From positions 15,038,974-15,102,973 of the forward strand of contig MU054187.1 in NCBI GenBank assembly GCA_013239625.1: a stretch of 64,000 bases of DNA, given 5' to 3'. Made by a program: the position numbers and the translations under genes. Under the pieces are notes generated by a model. That model was not told the DNA's origin. It was given only the letters and a program-made list of their open reading frames with translations, and ran no database searches. Shown here piece by piece: positions 12,905 to 25,358 of the stretch. The first letter of the stretch is position 1; each line of letters opens with the position of its first letter. The stretch comes from Lama guanicoe (Eukaryota).

Positions 12905-13400
12905 TAAAGAAGTTATGGTATATTTATACAATGGAATACTACTCAGCCATAAAAATAATAAAATAATGCCATTTGCAGCAACATGGATGAAACTGGAGAT
13001 CATCATTCTCAGTGAAGTGAGCCAGAAAGAGAAAGAAAAATACCATATATCACTTATATGTGGAATCTAAGAAAAAAAAAAAGACAAATGAACTTATTTA
13101 CAAAACAGAAATAGACTCACAGACATAGAAAACAAACTTTTGGTTACCAGGGGTGGGAAGAGGTGGGAATGGATAAATTGGGAGCTCTAGATTTGCAGAT
13201 ACTAACTAATATACATAAAATAGATAAACACCAAATTTATACTGTATGGCACAGGGAACTATATTCAATATATTATAGTAATCTATGGTGAAAAAGAATA
13301 TGAAAATAAATATATGTATGTTCCTATATGACTGAAGTATTGTGCTGTACACCAGAAACTGACACAACATTATAAACTGACTATACTTCAGTTAAAAAAA
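12905..13400 (+). mobile_element. 5'-truncated lineage-specific L1 (end of ORF2, 3'UTR and A tail)
   Basis: caatggaatactactcagccataaaa...gccatttgcagcaacatggatg, then a 3'UTR ending acaacattataaactgactatacttcagttaaaaaaa. Possible imperfect TSD aaacaaat on both sides. Confidence 0.92.
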
Positions 13401-15361
13401 GAAAACAAATGAGACAGAAGAGGACTGGTTTATAAGGAACTTTGTCCTCACATGGATGGTATGTCATGGCTATTGACCTTGATATTCAGTGATAGTCCCT
13501 ATTTGTATTGTATTCTTTGATTTTCCCAGTAATTTTTAAAAAGCAAAGGTAAGTTTTTTTAAAGAGGAAAGGTAATTACTTGTAGGAAATCAGATTAGGC
13601 ACTATTAAGTAGATTTCATATGCTGAAGAGATTGGATTAGAGAACTTCGTCTTTTCCTCCAGGAAAGATTCTTTATATTATCTCTATTTTTCAAATGATA
13701 AAAAAGTAAGATCTCTAAAGCTTATAATAATTCACATAAGAGGACAACTAAATAATTAAGGACAATTAAAATTTCCATTTCCAAAGTGAACATCTACCTT
13801 AAAACTAATTTTAGGTCTTTTTCTGTGCACTATAATGCTAGGGATGTTCAGAGGGTAGATATATATTTGTATCTGTTAAGAAAAGAATGATGGAGTAGAA
13901 TCTAGAATAAAAAATTAGACAAATCATTTAGAAACATATGTAAGATGGTAGCAAATAATGCTGAGGTAAAGTCTGAAAATAATGTTTGCAAAGCATTTGC
14001 TCTCCCCCACCCCCAGTTATTGTAATAAGAACATAAACTGGAGAGGATACATTTACTAGATGTATTCTGTTCACTTTGATAGATCTTTGCAGACTAATAA
14101 GATAGAGAAATTATATAAGAGTATGCTTTGAAAATAGGGATTAAGCTCTTCTAAAATGAACTCACTTGGTTGTGAATAAAATTCTAACCCATATCATCTT
14201 GAAGATAATTTATCTAGCCTCAGACACAGAGCCAGAAACTCAAGTGAATTACACGATTATATAGAAAGACAAGATATAATTCAAAACTCAGAAAAAAATT
14301 ACTCCTAATAAAAACAGACTTATAGGACAAATGGATGATAGTTAACAGACCTGGACTTTAAAATTACTATGCTTGATATATTCAAGGAAATACACAAAAA
14401 ACAAAATTGGAAATTTCAGCAAAAGATTGAAAAGTATTTTTTAAAGCTAATGAAACTCTAGAATGAAAAAAATACAGTAACTGAAATTAGACCTCATAGG
14501 ATGAATGTAACAGCACATTAGAGACAGTTGAATAGGGAATTACAGAATCAGAATAAATGTTTAGACTGAAGAGGAGATAGAAAAAAAGGATGGAAAATAT
14601 GAAAAAGAGCACTAGATACTATGGAAATATTGAGAAAAATTCTTACACACATGAAATAAGAGTTATGGGAGTTGCAGAAGTTAAAATGAGAGAAAAAATA
14701 AGGTGGACACAATATGTGAGAAGGTAATGAATGAGGAGTTACCAAAACTAATCAGAGACAAAATCTACAAAATTAAGAAGAGTTAGGAGGCTGTATCTGG
14801 ACAGTTAAACAAAAAACAAACAAATTACACCACAGTACAGTATACTACACTGTCTAAAATATAAAGGGAAGAAACCTAAAAGCAGGTATAGGAAAGGGCA
14901 GGCCACCTTCAAAGGAACAACTTTTAGACCTGAGAGTTAACCTCAACAGGAAACAAATGGAAGACAGAAGACTGCAATATCTTCAAAGTACCGAAAGAAA
15001 ACAATTGCCAACCTAGAGTTCTATACCTAGCAAAAATATCCCTTAAAGAGATGACATAAAGACACTTCCAAGCAAACAAAGCTAAGAGAATTTCTTAGCA
15101 ACACACCCACGCTAATGGCAATGCTTAGGGCATTCTTCAGGTGGAAGGGAAATAGATGAAAGCTCAGAGACAGTGAAAAAAAGAGTAATGGAAAAGGTGA
15201 ATGTACTGGTAAATCTGAACATATTTTGGCTGTATAAAATTCTAATAAGGGGCTTAAAATATATATTGAATTAAAATTAACAACAATAATTTAGAAGAGG
15301 ATGAATGATATAAAGTAATAAAACTAACTTATCTTACTCAAGAATGGATGTTGTAATCTGT

Positions 15362-15441
15362 GTACTGCTGCCAACAGAATATTTTAAGATTTAAATTTAA
15401 ATAGCCACACTTGGCTAGTGACTGTCATTTGACAGGGCAGT
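15362..15441. mobile_element. MER3/MER33-like hAT fragment
   Basis: aatttaaatagccacacttggctagtgactgtcatttgacagggcag resembles the MER3/MER33 terminus. Confidence 0.6.
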
Positions 15442-15452
15442 TTCAGAGTAAA

Positions 15453-15485
15453 ACACACACACACATACACACACAGACACACACA
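15453..15485. repeat. Imperfect (CA)n microsatellite
   Basis: acacacacacacatacacacacagacacacaca. Confidence 0.9.
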
Positions 15486-15644
15486 AAGAGTAAAGTAACT
15501 ACAAAGCTTATAGAAAATATATCAAAAATAATGAAATATGACAAGAAATAAATAATAAAATATTATATATAAGATAATAAACTATAAGGCAAGAGATAAA
15601 GGAAACTGGAAAGAGGAGGGACAAAAAGAAACAAAGAGTAGGGT

Positions 15645-15645
<1 letters not shown>

Positions 15646-15684
<39 letters not shown>
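15646..15684. repeat. (TA)n microsatellite abutting the gap
   Basis: Pure TA run ending at the first N. Confidence 0.95.
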
Positions 15685-15980
15685 NNNNNNNNNNNNNNNN
15701 NNNNNNNNNNNNNNNNNNNNNNNNNNNNNNNNNNNNNNNNNNNNNNNNNNNNNNNNNNNNNNNNNNNNNNNNNNNNNNNNNNNNNNNNNNNNNNNNNNNN
15801 NNNNNNNNNNNNNNNNNNNNNNNNNNNNNNNNNNNNNNNNNNNNNNNNNNNNNNNNNNNNNNNNNNNNNNNNNNNNNNNNNNNNNNNNNNNNNNNNNNNN
15901 NNNNNNNNNNNNNNNNNNNNNNNNNNNNNNNNNNNNNNNNNNNNNNNNNNNNNNNNNNNNNNNNNNNNNNNNNNNNNNNN
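15685..15980. other. Assembly gap, 296 N
   Basis: Run of n characters. Confidence 1.
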
Positions 15981-16006
15981 GAGAGAAAAAAAAAGAAGAG
16001 TGTAAG

Positions 16007-16009
<3 letters not shown>

Positions 16010-16057
<48 letters not shown>
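16010..16057. repeat. (TA)n(CA)n microsatellite
   Basis: Directly visible. Confidence 0.95.
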
Positions 16058-16659
16058 CAGTAATTGTACTAAATAAACAAATTAAAGTTAAAGATTTCAA
16101 ATTTAAAAACTATACCTAAGTAGAGTTGCATACCATTAAACATAATAAGAATACAGAAATATTTAAAGGTAAAAGGACAGAAGTAACACTGACTATGCAA
16201 AGACTGACTAAAGAAAAAACCTAAATTAATACCGGCAAGAAGACATTAAGCCAAACATAGTACCAGAGTTTATGAAAAGCATTTCATAACGATAAAATAT
16301 TTACTCCACTAGGAAGCACAGCAATTCTAAATTTGTATATATCCAATACCATAGCTTTAAAATATACATAGCAAAAGCTGGCAGCACTGAAAAGAGTAGA
16401 CAAATCCAGAATTATAGCAGCTGATTTTAACATATGTGTTTTCATTAACTCCTAGAACATACAGAAAAGTGCCAAGAATTGGAACATTTATACAGCAAAG
16501 ACAGAGCAGTTAGTCACTGTGGGTGGTGGGACTAGCTTAGAAGTCTTTCCTCTCCTTCATGGGCCCACATGGGAAAACTTAAGTGGCACCTCCCATTTGT
16601 AACTGTGAGATAGAAATGGCTCTTAGGCGATGCTCAGCCCCAAGAGCTGATAATGGTGT

Positions 16660-16860
16660 TGCAGCTAAATTTTTATAGTTGTTTATTTTTTTCAAAGCAG
16701 TTTTTATAAAATTTCCGTATCTGTGATGGTTATCTTCCTTTTGTAAATAGGAAAATGTCAGCTTAGGTAGACTAAATTACTAATGAGATCCATAAACAAT
16801 GTGTTTGTATAATACTACGATCTAGGTCTTTGGATGCCAGTCTTCTGCTCTTTCTACCAA
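16660..16860 (-). mobile_element. MIR SINE
   Basis: Antisense core ttatcttccttttgtaaataggaaaatgtcagcttagg...ctaggtctttggatgccagtcttctgctctttctacca. Confidence 0.6.
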
Positions 16861-16971
16861 GACATTGTATAAAAAAATGGCTTTTTAAGAAGACTTATTT
16901 ATAAACCCTCTGTGTCCAATAAGTATCTGTGGCTCTTCATTGGACATGTGCTCCGTGCCTTCTTTTGGAGG

Positions 16972-17148
16972 GCTGTGGTGTAACAGAATGAAATGGACGT
17001 GGAGACTGAAGACCAGGGTCTGGGAATTACCTGCTTGGTATCGTCAAGACACATCAATATCCTTGATTCTCAGTTTCCTCATTTTAAAAGTGGGAGTGAA
17101 ATTGCCTTTATATAGAGTTTTTAAGAGCCTTAAGGAGATGACATATGC
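16972..17148 (+). mobile_element. MIR SINE
   Basis: tgtggtgtaacagaatgaaatggacgtggagactgaagacc...tctcagtttcctcattttaaaagtggga. Confidence 0.7.
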
Positions 17149-17662
17149 ATTTCCCAGGTTACAAAAGGGGATGATAAGAATAGCACCACAAGTATCAACA
17201 TTACTCTGGCTCCAACATGACTTGCTCTGTGAGAATCCTGGCATCTTCAATTCTGGATGCCACCAGTGATGTCTCAGACTTCTTGCTACTTTGTCCTTTT
17301 GAAAAATAGTAGTAAGTACCAGAAAGAGGAAGTAACCTTGGAAAGAATATAAAATAATATAAATAAATAAATAATTTAGAAGGCACTATATATGAAAATA
17401 ATTTAATTCTAAATCAGTGTACTAAGAAAATATTGAGGTCCTCTGTAGTGTCTAGATGCCAGAAGGATGCAAAGATAGATAATACCTGGGTCCCACTTGC
17501 AAGAATATTATAATACTGTTTCATTTTCCCAGAGTTCTAGGAATGCTATTAAGCCAAAACAAATTTTTGAGGCAGTAATATCTGATGGAGTGATAATCTA
17601 TAATTCAGTATGTGTTTGCTGAACTTAGCTTTATGCTTCAAATAGAAGCATAAACATTAGGT

Positions 17663-17843
17663 TAATGCTTCTCAAACATTAACGTACGCGTGAACCATAC
17701 ACGTTCTTGTATGGGGATCTTGTTAAAATGCAGATTCTGATCCAGTAGGTCTGGGGCAGGGCCTGAGACCCTGCATTTATAACCAGCTCCCGGGTGATTG
17801 ATGCCAGTGTTGCCAGCCCAAGGACCACACTCTGAAAAGCAGG
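17663..17843. mobile_element. MER5A-type hAT MITE
   Basis: gcttctcaaac...ggggatcttgttaaaatgcagattctgatccagtaggtctggggcagggcctgaga...ggaccacactctga. Confidence 0.85.
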
Positions 17844-19336
17844 GTCCTATATACCTTCTCAAGAAAATAATTTGTCCTGGCAAAGGTTCATTTATCCTGG
17901 TTAGGTTGCTTCATTACAAACAGTACCCACCTAACTCTGGTCTTGTGAAGTGAAGAAAGGAAATCCTTAGAAAGATACCACGTAGTTAAAGCATTAATGG
18001 AGACGTTGGGGAACCATATTCAAGAAAGTGAGCAGAATGAAAAAGAAGGCATGGCCAAGATCATCTCAGGAACAGTCTGCTTAGGATTGTATCACTAGCA
18101 TCAGCTCTGCTAGACTCTCCCCTACAGCAGTGTTGGATTCTTGGTTGCCATAAATGTGGCAATTAATCTTTGGCTTTGAAACTTTGCCTTAGTCTCTTAA
18201 TAGGTTCAGAGTTGTAGGCTTGAGACACTGATCGACTATGCTGAGATAGAATCCTTCCTCTAATTCCCTGGAGCCACCCTTCCTGCAAGGTATGCCTCCC
18301 ACATGTCTTGGAATTCCCCATGATTAAGAGAGGTATTCGGATGTTGGTTTGGACGGTTCAAATGTCATTATACTCTTAAATCTTACAGAGGTGCAGGCAA
18401 CAGGAAACCACGCAGTCCAAATGCATCCTTTTGATAAATCAAAAATATGATTTTGAGAAATGTTATGAAACTTGCTAAAGTTTTCATATAAAGTTAGCAG
18501 GGAGAGACAAGGCTAGAATGTTCAAATTATTTCCAATTTCCATCCTGTCCCATCTCCTGAATCCCTTGAAGACTTTCCTTTCATTGACTTAATTCATAGC
18601 TTTTACAGATGTTTAAGTGGAAAGATGAACAGATGGTAGATTTCAAAAGCCAGTGCCATTTTATGGTTTTATATTATGGATACTATTGGATAAACAGAGT
18701 TGGTTTGTGTTACACAAAAGATGAATTGTGGTACTACAGTAGTGAAACTGGATTTATTTAACTACACAGAAATTAGCGATCTCTCTTAATAAGTGCATTT
18801 ATTAAGAGGTTGGAAGCGAGATAAATTGGTAAAGGAAAAGATACCTCCGTATTACACTGAATAGGTGAAGTGTTTTGAATGAGTTCATCTTTAATGGGGG
18901 TTGCTGATGAACCCTTGCATTAAAAACTAAACACTTAAATCGGTGGGAAGATATTTTACAGTGTCTCTTTAAGAACGCTCAAATGAATTTCTTTTTAAAG
19001 GTACATAAACACACACTCACACACAACTATTTCCTTCATGGCTGAGGCTGAGAGATTCCAAGTTATTTTTGGTGCCAGATTTTAACCCAGAGGAAGTTTT
19101 ATGGCTGAGTTAAAACCCCCTAAAAGCAAAGGTTACAATGGAAATGCTGACAGAGTCCGTGCCATGGCAACATTTGTGAGTCTAGTTTTATTAAAACAAT
19201 AAACAACTTTTGTTCAAGTGCAAGTGAATGTAAAAACAACAGAAAAGAGCCCCTTCCTGTGTCTAATGCCTAATCGCTCTCTGTTATTTCCTTGCCAGGG
19301 CTCTGATTCTGAGCTTGCTGGGTCACACATGCAACT

Positions 19337-19460
19337 ATTGGTCTGAAGTCAATCCTTGCACCCCAGGTCCTTATAAAAAGGGCCAACAAAACACCAGGAG
19401 ACAGAGTTTACCTCTGCACTTTTTAAAGTGGATACCCAGTGTCTACTGAAGCAAGGTATT
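19337..19460 (+). promoter_or_regulatory. Candidate TATA-box Pol II core promoter
   Basis: Inverted CCAAT (ATTGG, 19337-19341), then CCTTATAAAAAGGG with TATAAAA at 19372-19378, then possible splice donors at 19456 and 19463. Lies in non-repeat sequence. Motif evidence only. Confidence 0.3.
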
Positions 19461-20210
19461 AGGTACATTTATAACGGGCACTAGAATCAGGCTTTTAATC
19501 TCCTAGTTGACTTTGTACATACTTCTGTGACAGACTATTATCTAACAAATTATATGTGTTTCCTCCTTTACTGCCAAGTAACACATCAAGCTCTAAATAA
19601 TACCTCATGTGGCACTCACTGTGCACGCTCAGTGGACAGACGGGAGAAAACAGGGGAGCCAGAGGCTCACTGCCTCTCACAATGCTGTCTGCAGACCAGG
19701 CGGAGCTGGTTAATGCTTTTCACATTTGAAATCTTGTGACCCTGGGAGGTGTATGGCCGTGGGGAAAATGAACGTGCTCTGCTCCCTCTGCCCTCTGTCT
19801 CCCCAAAGTGATACTGTGCAGGGTGTTTGCAAATGATGTGAGTCTAGTAGGAGAATAAGGACCATCTGAGAAACACTTTTCAAAGAATGAACACAAGGAA
19901 TAAATATCAATGAAGCCAAGCTGTGAAGGAAGTCAGATCAAATATGATGAAATTTCCCCCAAAAGACATTAAAAAGAAACTTCACATCTACAGAAAGGTA
20001 CTGGACATAACAAAAGGGAATGAGATGTTTGAAAAGTAACAGTGGGCTGGAGGCAAAAAGGCAGTGGACTGGTGACAAAGTTTCCATTGCTCAGAGAACT
20101 GCTTGAGAACTCCCAAAACAAATGAGCCCAAATTTGCTCTGCTAATTAAATTATAGCAGGGAGGCTCTGTGTTCACATCTTACAGCTACCGAGTCCTATC
20201 AGTTTAGAAC

Positions 20211-20401
20211 AGGCTTTCTCAAACCAGATGAAGACTAGAACCACCTGGGGGCGAGGAGGGGTTGTTAAAAATCGTGATGGCCAGTGCACACCCCAGAAGA
20301 ATTAAATGCGAGTTTCTGGGGGCTGGGGGTTGAGATGTACATTTGTTAATTTCCAAAGCTCCCAGGTGATTCCAGAGTATGGCTGAGGCTGTGTACCACT
20401 G
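20211..20401. mobile_element. MER5B-like hAT MITE
   Basis: caggctttctcaaacc...accacctgggg...aagctcccaggtgattcc...accactg. Confidence 0.75.
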
Positions 20402-21099
20402 ACTTAGCAGGACCCAGCAGCCCCAGAAGTATTGACCTTTCAGCTGAAGAAAAACTACAGATGTTTATGGCAGGACATTACCCCTAGGCAATTTATTGGG
20501 CCCTTTTGACTGTTACCAGCATTCACAACTTGGTTCTCTGGCTTATAGCCCAATTGGTAGAATGTCTCTAGCAGACGTTTGAATGACATTAACATTAAAT
20601 GGAAGCTTCCAACCTTTTCCTTGTTTAATAAGTAACAGCAGGACTTTATTAAAATAGTGATCAGTGCTGATCAAGTTTAATTCTTTTAAGATTGCTATTT
20701 CTTCCTCTCTTCAATAAGCTAGCTGACCTTTGGATGCACAAAAACACACTGTAGACGGCAGCAGACTGGGTTCAGAACTAACTGAGCTGTCAATTGAATT
20801 GCTGTGCACCCCATCTCATTGAGTTATTAAGACTGAAATTATGGAAGGTGGTTGATTATTTCAGCCATTGGAGAGACTGTTCTGAATGCACTCAATTCTT
20901 TCTTCATCAGCTATTCTCAGGGCCAAAACACTGAAGAGAACGGATAACACTTGGAACGTGGAAAGGCCAAAGTCAAGCCCGACTGGGACTCGGCACAGCC
21001 TGTGGAAATAAGTCTTTTCTCATGTGCTTTTAATGTTTCACGTTTTAGTCACATTTTCATGATTATAAACTGTTACTTTGGGCAAAGAGTTGTTTCTAA

Positions 21100-21300
21100 G
21101 TAGCCAATGAATTGCATACATGTACACCAGCTGGATTACTGACTCATTTATAGGGAAACGTCTTTCAGCCCCCTTGCCTTTTGCCCCCTCTGCTGCTCCG
21201 TATTAGTACACGTGCAGGAGAAGCATGCGCAGTGGCCCCTCTGAGCCAGCCGCTCCCAGCCCTGGCTGCGCCCTCAGTAGCTCTTGGAAGAATCTGAAGC
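21100..21300. promoter_or_regulatory. Candidate enhancer/promoter motif cluster
   Basis: CCAAT 21104-21108, AP-1 TGACTCA 21140-21146, E-box CACGTG 21209-21214 and NRF1-like GCATGCGCA 21223-21231, in a locally GC-rich patch with retained CpGs. Confidence 0.35.
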
Positions 21301-23034
21301 AGAACCAGAGCTTTTGAGGAGTGTTGATCATTATCTACCTGCAGCTGGACCATGATATATTGATCAGTAAATGCTAGTGACTAGAGACAAAGTTGTCCCT
21401 TCTCTGCACTCCAGTCTAGACCCAGGGCTAATGGAGCGGAATTAGCCTTTTAGTTTTTATTCTTGGCGACATCTCATAAAACTCCACAAACAACTCCCCC
21501 TCCCCCACCCCTTCAATCCCTTTGAGAGGAATCCATTTGATATTTTTTGGTGGGGGGTTATTTTTTAAAAAGTGAAAATCATGGCTTCCCTTTTGAACTA
21601 CCTTAATCTTTGAAGCATGATTTAAGTGAGGTGATGGATGTGACAAGTTTATGTTCATCATGATTAATTGTTCACAAATAATTTTTATATATGTAATGTC
21701 ATTTATTTCTCACAACTTCCTTTGTGAATTTTTTTGGAGCAGACATTGCTGATCATGCTAGACACGTAGAAAACTGATTCTTAGTGATATTAAGAGACTT
21801 GCCTCTGCCGTAAAATGTGTTTTAAATGTGTTTTTATCAATTTTATGGGAATTTTGTTGTGTTTTGTTTTTAACAATGGAAAGTGGCTAGCCACCGGGGA
21901 TGTCAGAACACATTATTTTGTGCAGAAGAAACCCAGGTAAAATGTGACCTCGTAACATTTAAATTCTTTATAAAGTAATTTTTGAAGTTGAGAATCAGCC
22001 TGATTGCAGCCCCTTGGCTAGCATTTTTGACTGTCACTTGTGTTCTGCTATTCCATGGTCCCAAATCGGCCTCAGTCTCCAAAGATGTTCTAGTTATAGA
22101 CTTCCTGCTTCTTTACAATGAGGCACCTGTTCCTTAAGGCAAACTCAACGGAACAGCCCAGTTTACACAGGAGTCCTAAGTGACTTCACTCTCTTAAGCA
22201 AAGGGAAGCCAAGATGGCAAACAGACAGTGTTCACTGACTTGTGAATGGGTAGTGACCATTGGCTAGTGGGTCTCCCCAAAAGCATGTGGTCAAGTCAAT
22301 CCTGGTGAAAAGAAGCAAGCAGCCGTGCTAACATTGTGGAGAGGGAAGGTTCAGGTGAGAGGGTCTGAGAGGGTTTTTTGCTTGTTTGCAAGCCTGCAGT
22401 ATGTGGGAGTACAAGAACTCATCCAGGGACTAAACACCATCTGTTCATCTGAAGAGAGGCAGGCACTGTGTGTCTTAGAAGGAAGAAGGTCCACTGCAAA
22501 GGAATTCTAGAAAAAGTTGGGATGTGAACAGTAGTGGGTGCCAGGTCTACTGTGTCATCTGGAACATGCAGTTTCCATGACAGGAAGGAGGTGGGTATTC
22601 TCAAAGTTCCTCCCCAGGCTCTATTTGTAGCTGTCTACCTTAACTTATTTTGAACTTATCTACCTTAAAATGTTTTATATTAATTAAATTTACCCCCAGA
22701 GTTCCAGGAAAGGGATAAAAAACATATTTTCATATTATCTGGGAATTAAGTACAGTACGTTGTTGGAGGTGACATGCCAAGGATCCATAAGCATAATATT
22801 TTTGATAATTATAACACAAATAGAGGATGATAAATATATTTTATGAGAAATAATATTTTGGGTTAGCATTTTGGTGATAATGGTGTTAAAAAGTGTTCAC
22901 CTTGATGGGTTCTAGGCCTCCCATATGTTTTATTTATTATAGTATAAAGTTTTTTTCCTAATTCTTACATAACAATTTCCTTTATTTAAATGAGAGAGAG
23001 AGAGAGAGATGACTGAATATTAGAACCAGGAGGG

Positions 23035-23180
23035 TCATAATAACTTATTTAGCCCAAACTCCAACTTTTCAGAGAGCAAACTAAGGATCGTAAAATTTAT
23101 GTGATTTGCCCAAAGTCACATATCTAGTTAGAGGCAGACCTAGGACTTAAACCAAGGACAATATGCAGTGAATTTTTACT
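23035..23180 (-). mobile_element. MIR fragment
   Basis: gtgatttgcccaaagtcacatatctagttagaggcagacctaggacttaaaccaagg. Confidence 0.7.
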
Positions 23181-23534
23181 CCTGTTTTTTCTTTTTTATT
23201 GAGTATTTCCAAATAAACATGTTGAGTGGAAACCATTCACGAAGCAGGTGAAAAGTAAGACAGAAAATGGTGTTTAAGTACAGGATTTTCTCAGAATGCT
23301 ACACTCAAAATCAGCAGTGGCCACCTTTGGCTGTCCTTGGTCTTCTCCAGATTTTCTCTTGGACATCTCTTATAGTCCTGGCTATCATCTCCCTTATTGT
23401 TTTTTGGTGCACCTTAATTGTCAGTGTAGAAATTTATGAAGTACCAATATTTAATCACTCATTCTTTTCCAGTAAGATTAAAACAGGAAATACAGGGATT
23501 TAAGAATTCTGTTTACTTATTTTTGTTCCCACCA

Positions 23535-23625
23535 TTAAAACCTCATGAAGACAGAGTGAATTATCTTGTTCACTGTTATATTCCTGGTGCTTGGCACACC
23601 AGACGTGCTCAGTAAATGTTGGTGC
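23535..23625 (+). mobile_element. L2 3' end
   Basis: tcttgttcactgttatattcctggtgcttggcacaccagacgtgctcagtaaatgttggtg. Confidence 0.75.
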
Positions 23626-23899
23626 ATTTTGCACACCTTTCTCTAACTACCTGCCTTGAAAGCCAGTAAATACTTAGGCATGTATTTGAAATATCTGACC
23701 ACATAAAATGTTTTTCAGGACTAGGATAAAAAATATACTTTTAATAATCTCTCTAGGGACCTAGTAAAATCATTTCCTTTCTACATTTGTGTTAAAAATT
23801 TGAGAGCAACTTTTCTAGTGGCGAGAAAAATGTTCACTTGTAGGCGTGGTTTCATGTAGAACCAAGTTGTGTTTTTGTATTCATTCAGTAAACAATCAT

Positions 23900-24120
23900 T
23901 GGTTATGCTTTCCAAAGTGATTTTGCATGCAGCCTCTTTTGATTTTTACAAAACCCTTATGAGATAGGTGAGACTGGTATTATTATCATCATTGTTAGTT
24001 TATGTGGGTGGGAGACACAATGACAGACTATTTCCTGCCAAAGAAGATTAAAAAAGAAATCCAAAGTCATTGGGAATGTGGATGCAGACCTTCTGACTCT
24101 AAACCCCACATACTTCCCCC
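23900..24120 (-). mobile_element. MIR SINE
   Basis: acaaaacccttatgagataggtgagactggtattattatcatcatt...cagaccttctgactctaaacccca. Confidence 0.6.
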
Positions 24121-24619
24121 AAACCCCGTGCTTCCGTCCAGAGAGAAACTGTGGCTACAGCTTTGGTAAATTACTCATAATAGTATGTCCCCTCATTTGT
24201 GCACTGGGGAGTGTAGTCCTGCTTCTGTGTCTCTGGGACCGTAGAGGTTACTCAGTAGAGAAGGTCACATTAGTGGCTTCCTGGGAGCTTCCCCCTTTCC
24301 TATGCAATCTCCTCCTTTAGCATAAAAATTGGTGGCCTCCATTATGTCTTGATGTCAGATAGGCTCATCCAAAATTTCATGTCCTAAAATCTCTAGATAA
24401 CAAGCTATATGTTGTTTTTGGGGAAAATTAATTACAACCAAGTGCTGATATGACAGTAGAGTTTGGACAGTTCCCTTGAGTTTAGAGTCATAAGATTTCA
24501 AGTCAACTTCACAAATAATTGCTGAGTACTGTCTGTGATGGAGGTAGACTTTGCATTTACAAACATAAGTAAGGCACACTCTTTAGGAAGTGTGCCATTT
24601 TGTGGAAGAGAATGCCTAA

Positions 24620-24990
24620 GTAATTAACTGTATGATTCAACACTGGTTGAACACTAATGAAAGTGCTATGAGGCACAGAGGAAGGATTAATTTTACTCAA
24701 CCTGATCAAGTTCATTTTACAGGTGATATATAATCTGGCTCTTAGAAGAAGAATTAGATTTTGCCAAACAATAAACATCATTCCAGGCGATGGATATAGT
24801 AAGAACAAAGGCTCAGTGGCATAATAATGCAAGACTTTTAAAGGAAATGGTAGAAAACTGTTGTAGTTAGATGATAAAACTCTTAAGAGGAAATATGAGA
24901 AATGAACATGGGAAAGCATATTGGACCAGAGTTTTGAGTCCTTGAATATCAGATCCTATTTGTGCCTATGGCTCTTTGTGATGGGAAATC
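24620..24990 (-). mobile_element. L2 fragment
   Basis: aagtgctatgaggcacagaggaagg...cattccaggcgatggatatagtaagaacaaaggctcagtggca. Confidence 0.65.
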
Positions 24991-25199
24991 TGGTGGGCAG
25001 ATGTAGGTGGTAGGACTTAAGCATCTTACAAACAGTGGTTAAAAACTGAAGCCCCAGTCTTGTGGACCATGTGTGATCAAGACGCACCCATGTCATGCTG
25101 ATAATGTGATTTTAGCAGACTTTTATAGGAGCCCAATCTATGATACAAAGACCATGTGGACACCTACCAAGTCATACATGATGCAACAAATGGCCTACT

Positions 25200-25358
25200 G
25201 AAGGGTTTCAAGACTTGAATCCATGCAGATCACCTGGGGAGCTTGGCAAAATGCAGATTCTGACTTGCTAAGTCTGGGCTGGGGCCTGAGGTTCTGCATT
25301 TCTAATAAGCTTCCAAGTCAAGCTTCTAGTCCATGGGCTGTGCTTTGAGTAGCAAGGA
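25200..25358. mobile_element. MER5A-type hAT MITE
   Basis: atcacctggggagcttggcaaaatgcagattctga...ggggcctgaggttctgcatttctaataagct...ctttgagtagcaagg. Confidence 0.85.

Larger units (their letters stand above)
14230..16490 (+). mobile_element. Old L1 (L1M-type) ORF1 to ORF2 endonuclease region, heavily decayed, interrupted by a DNA transposon piece, microsatellites and the gap
   Basis: ORF1-like gactttaaaattactatgcttgatatattcaaggaaa...tgccaacctagagttctatacctagcaaaaatatcc. Endonuclease-like aattctaaatttgtatatatccaataccatagctttaaaatatacatagcaaaagctg. Confidence 0.75.

Noticed and set aside
15508..16100. 120-181 aa ORFs
   Set aside because: These are artefacts of translating (TA)n repeats and the N gap.
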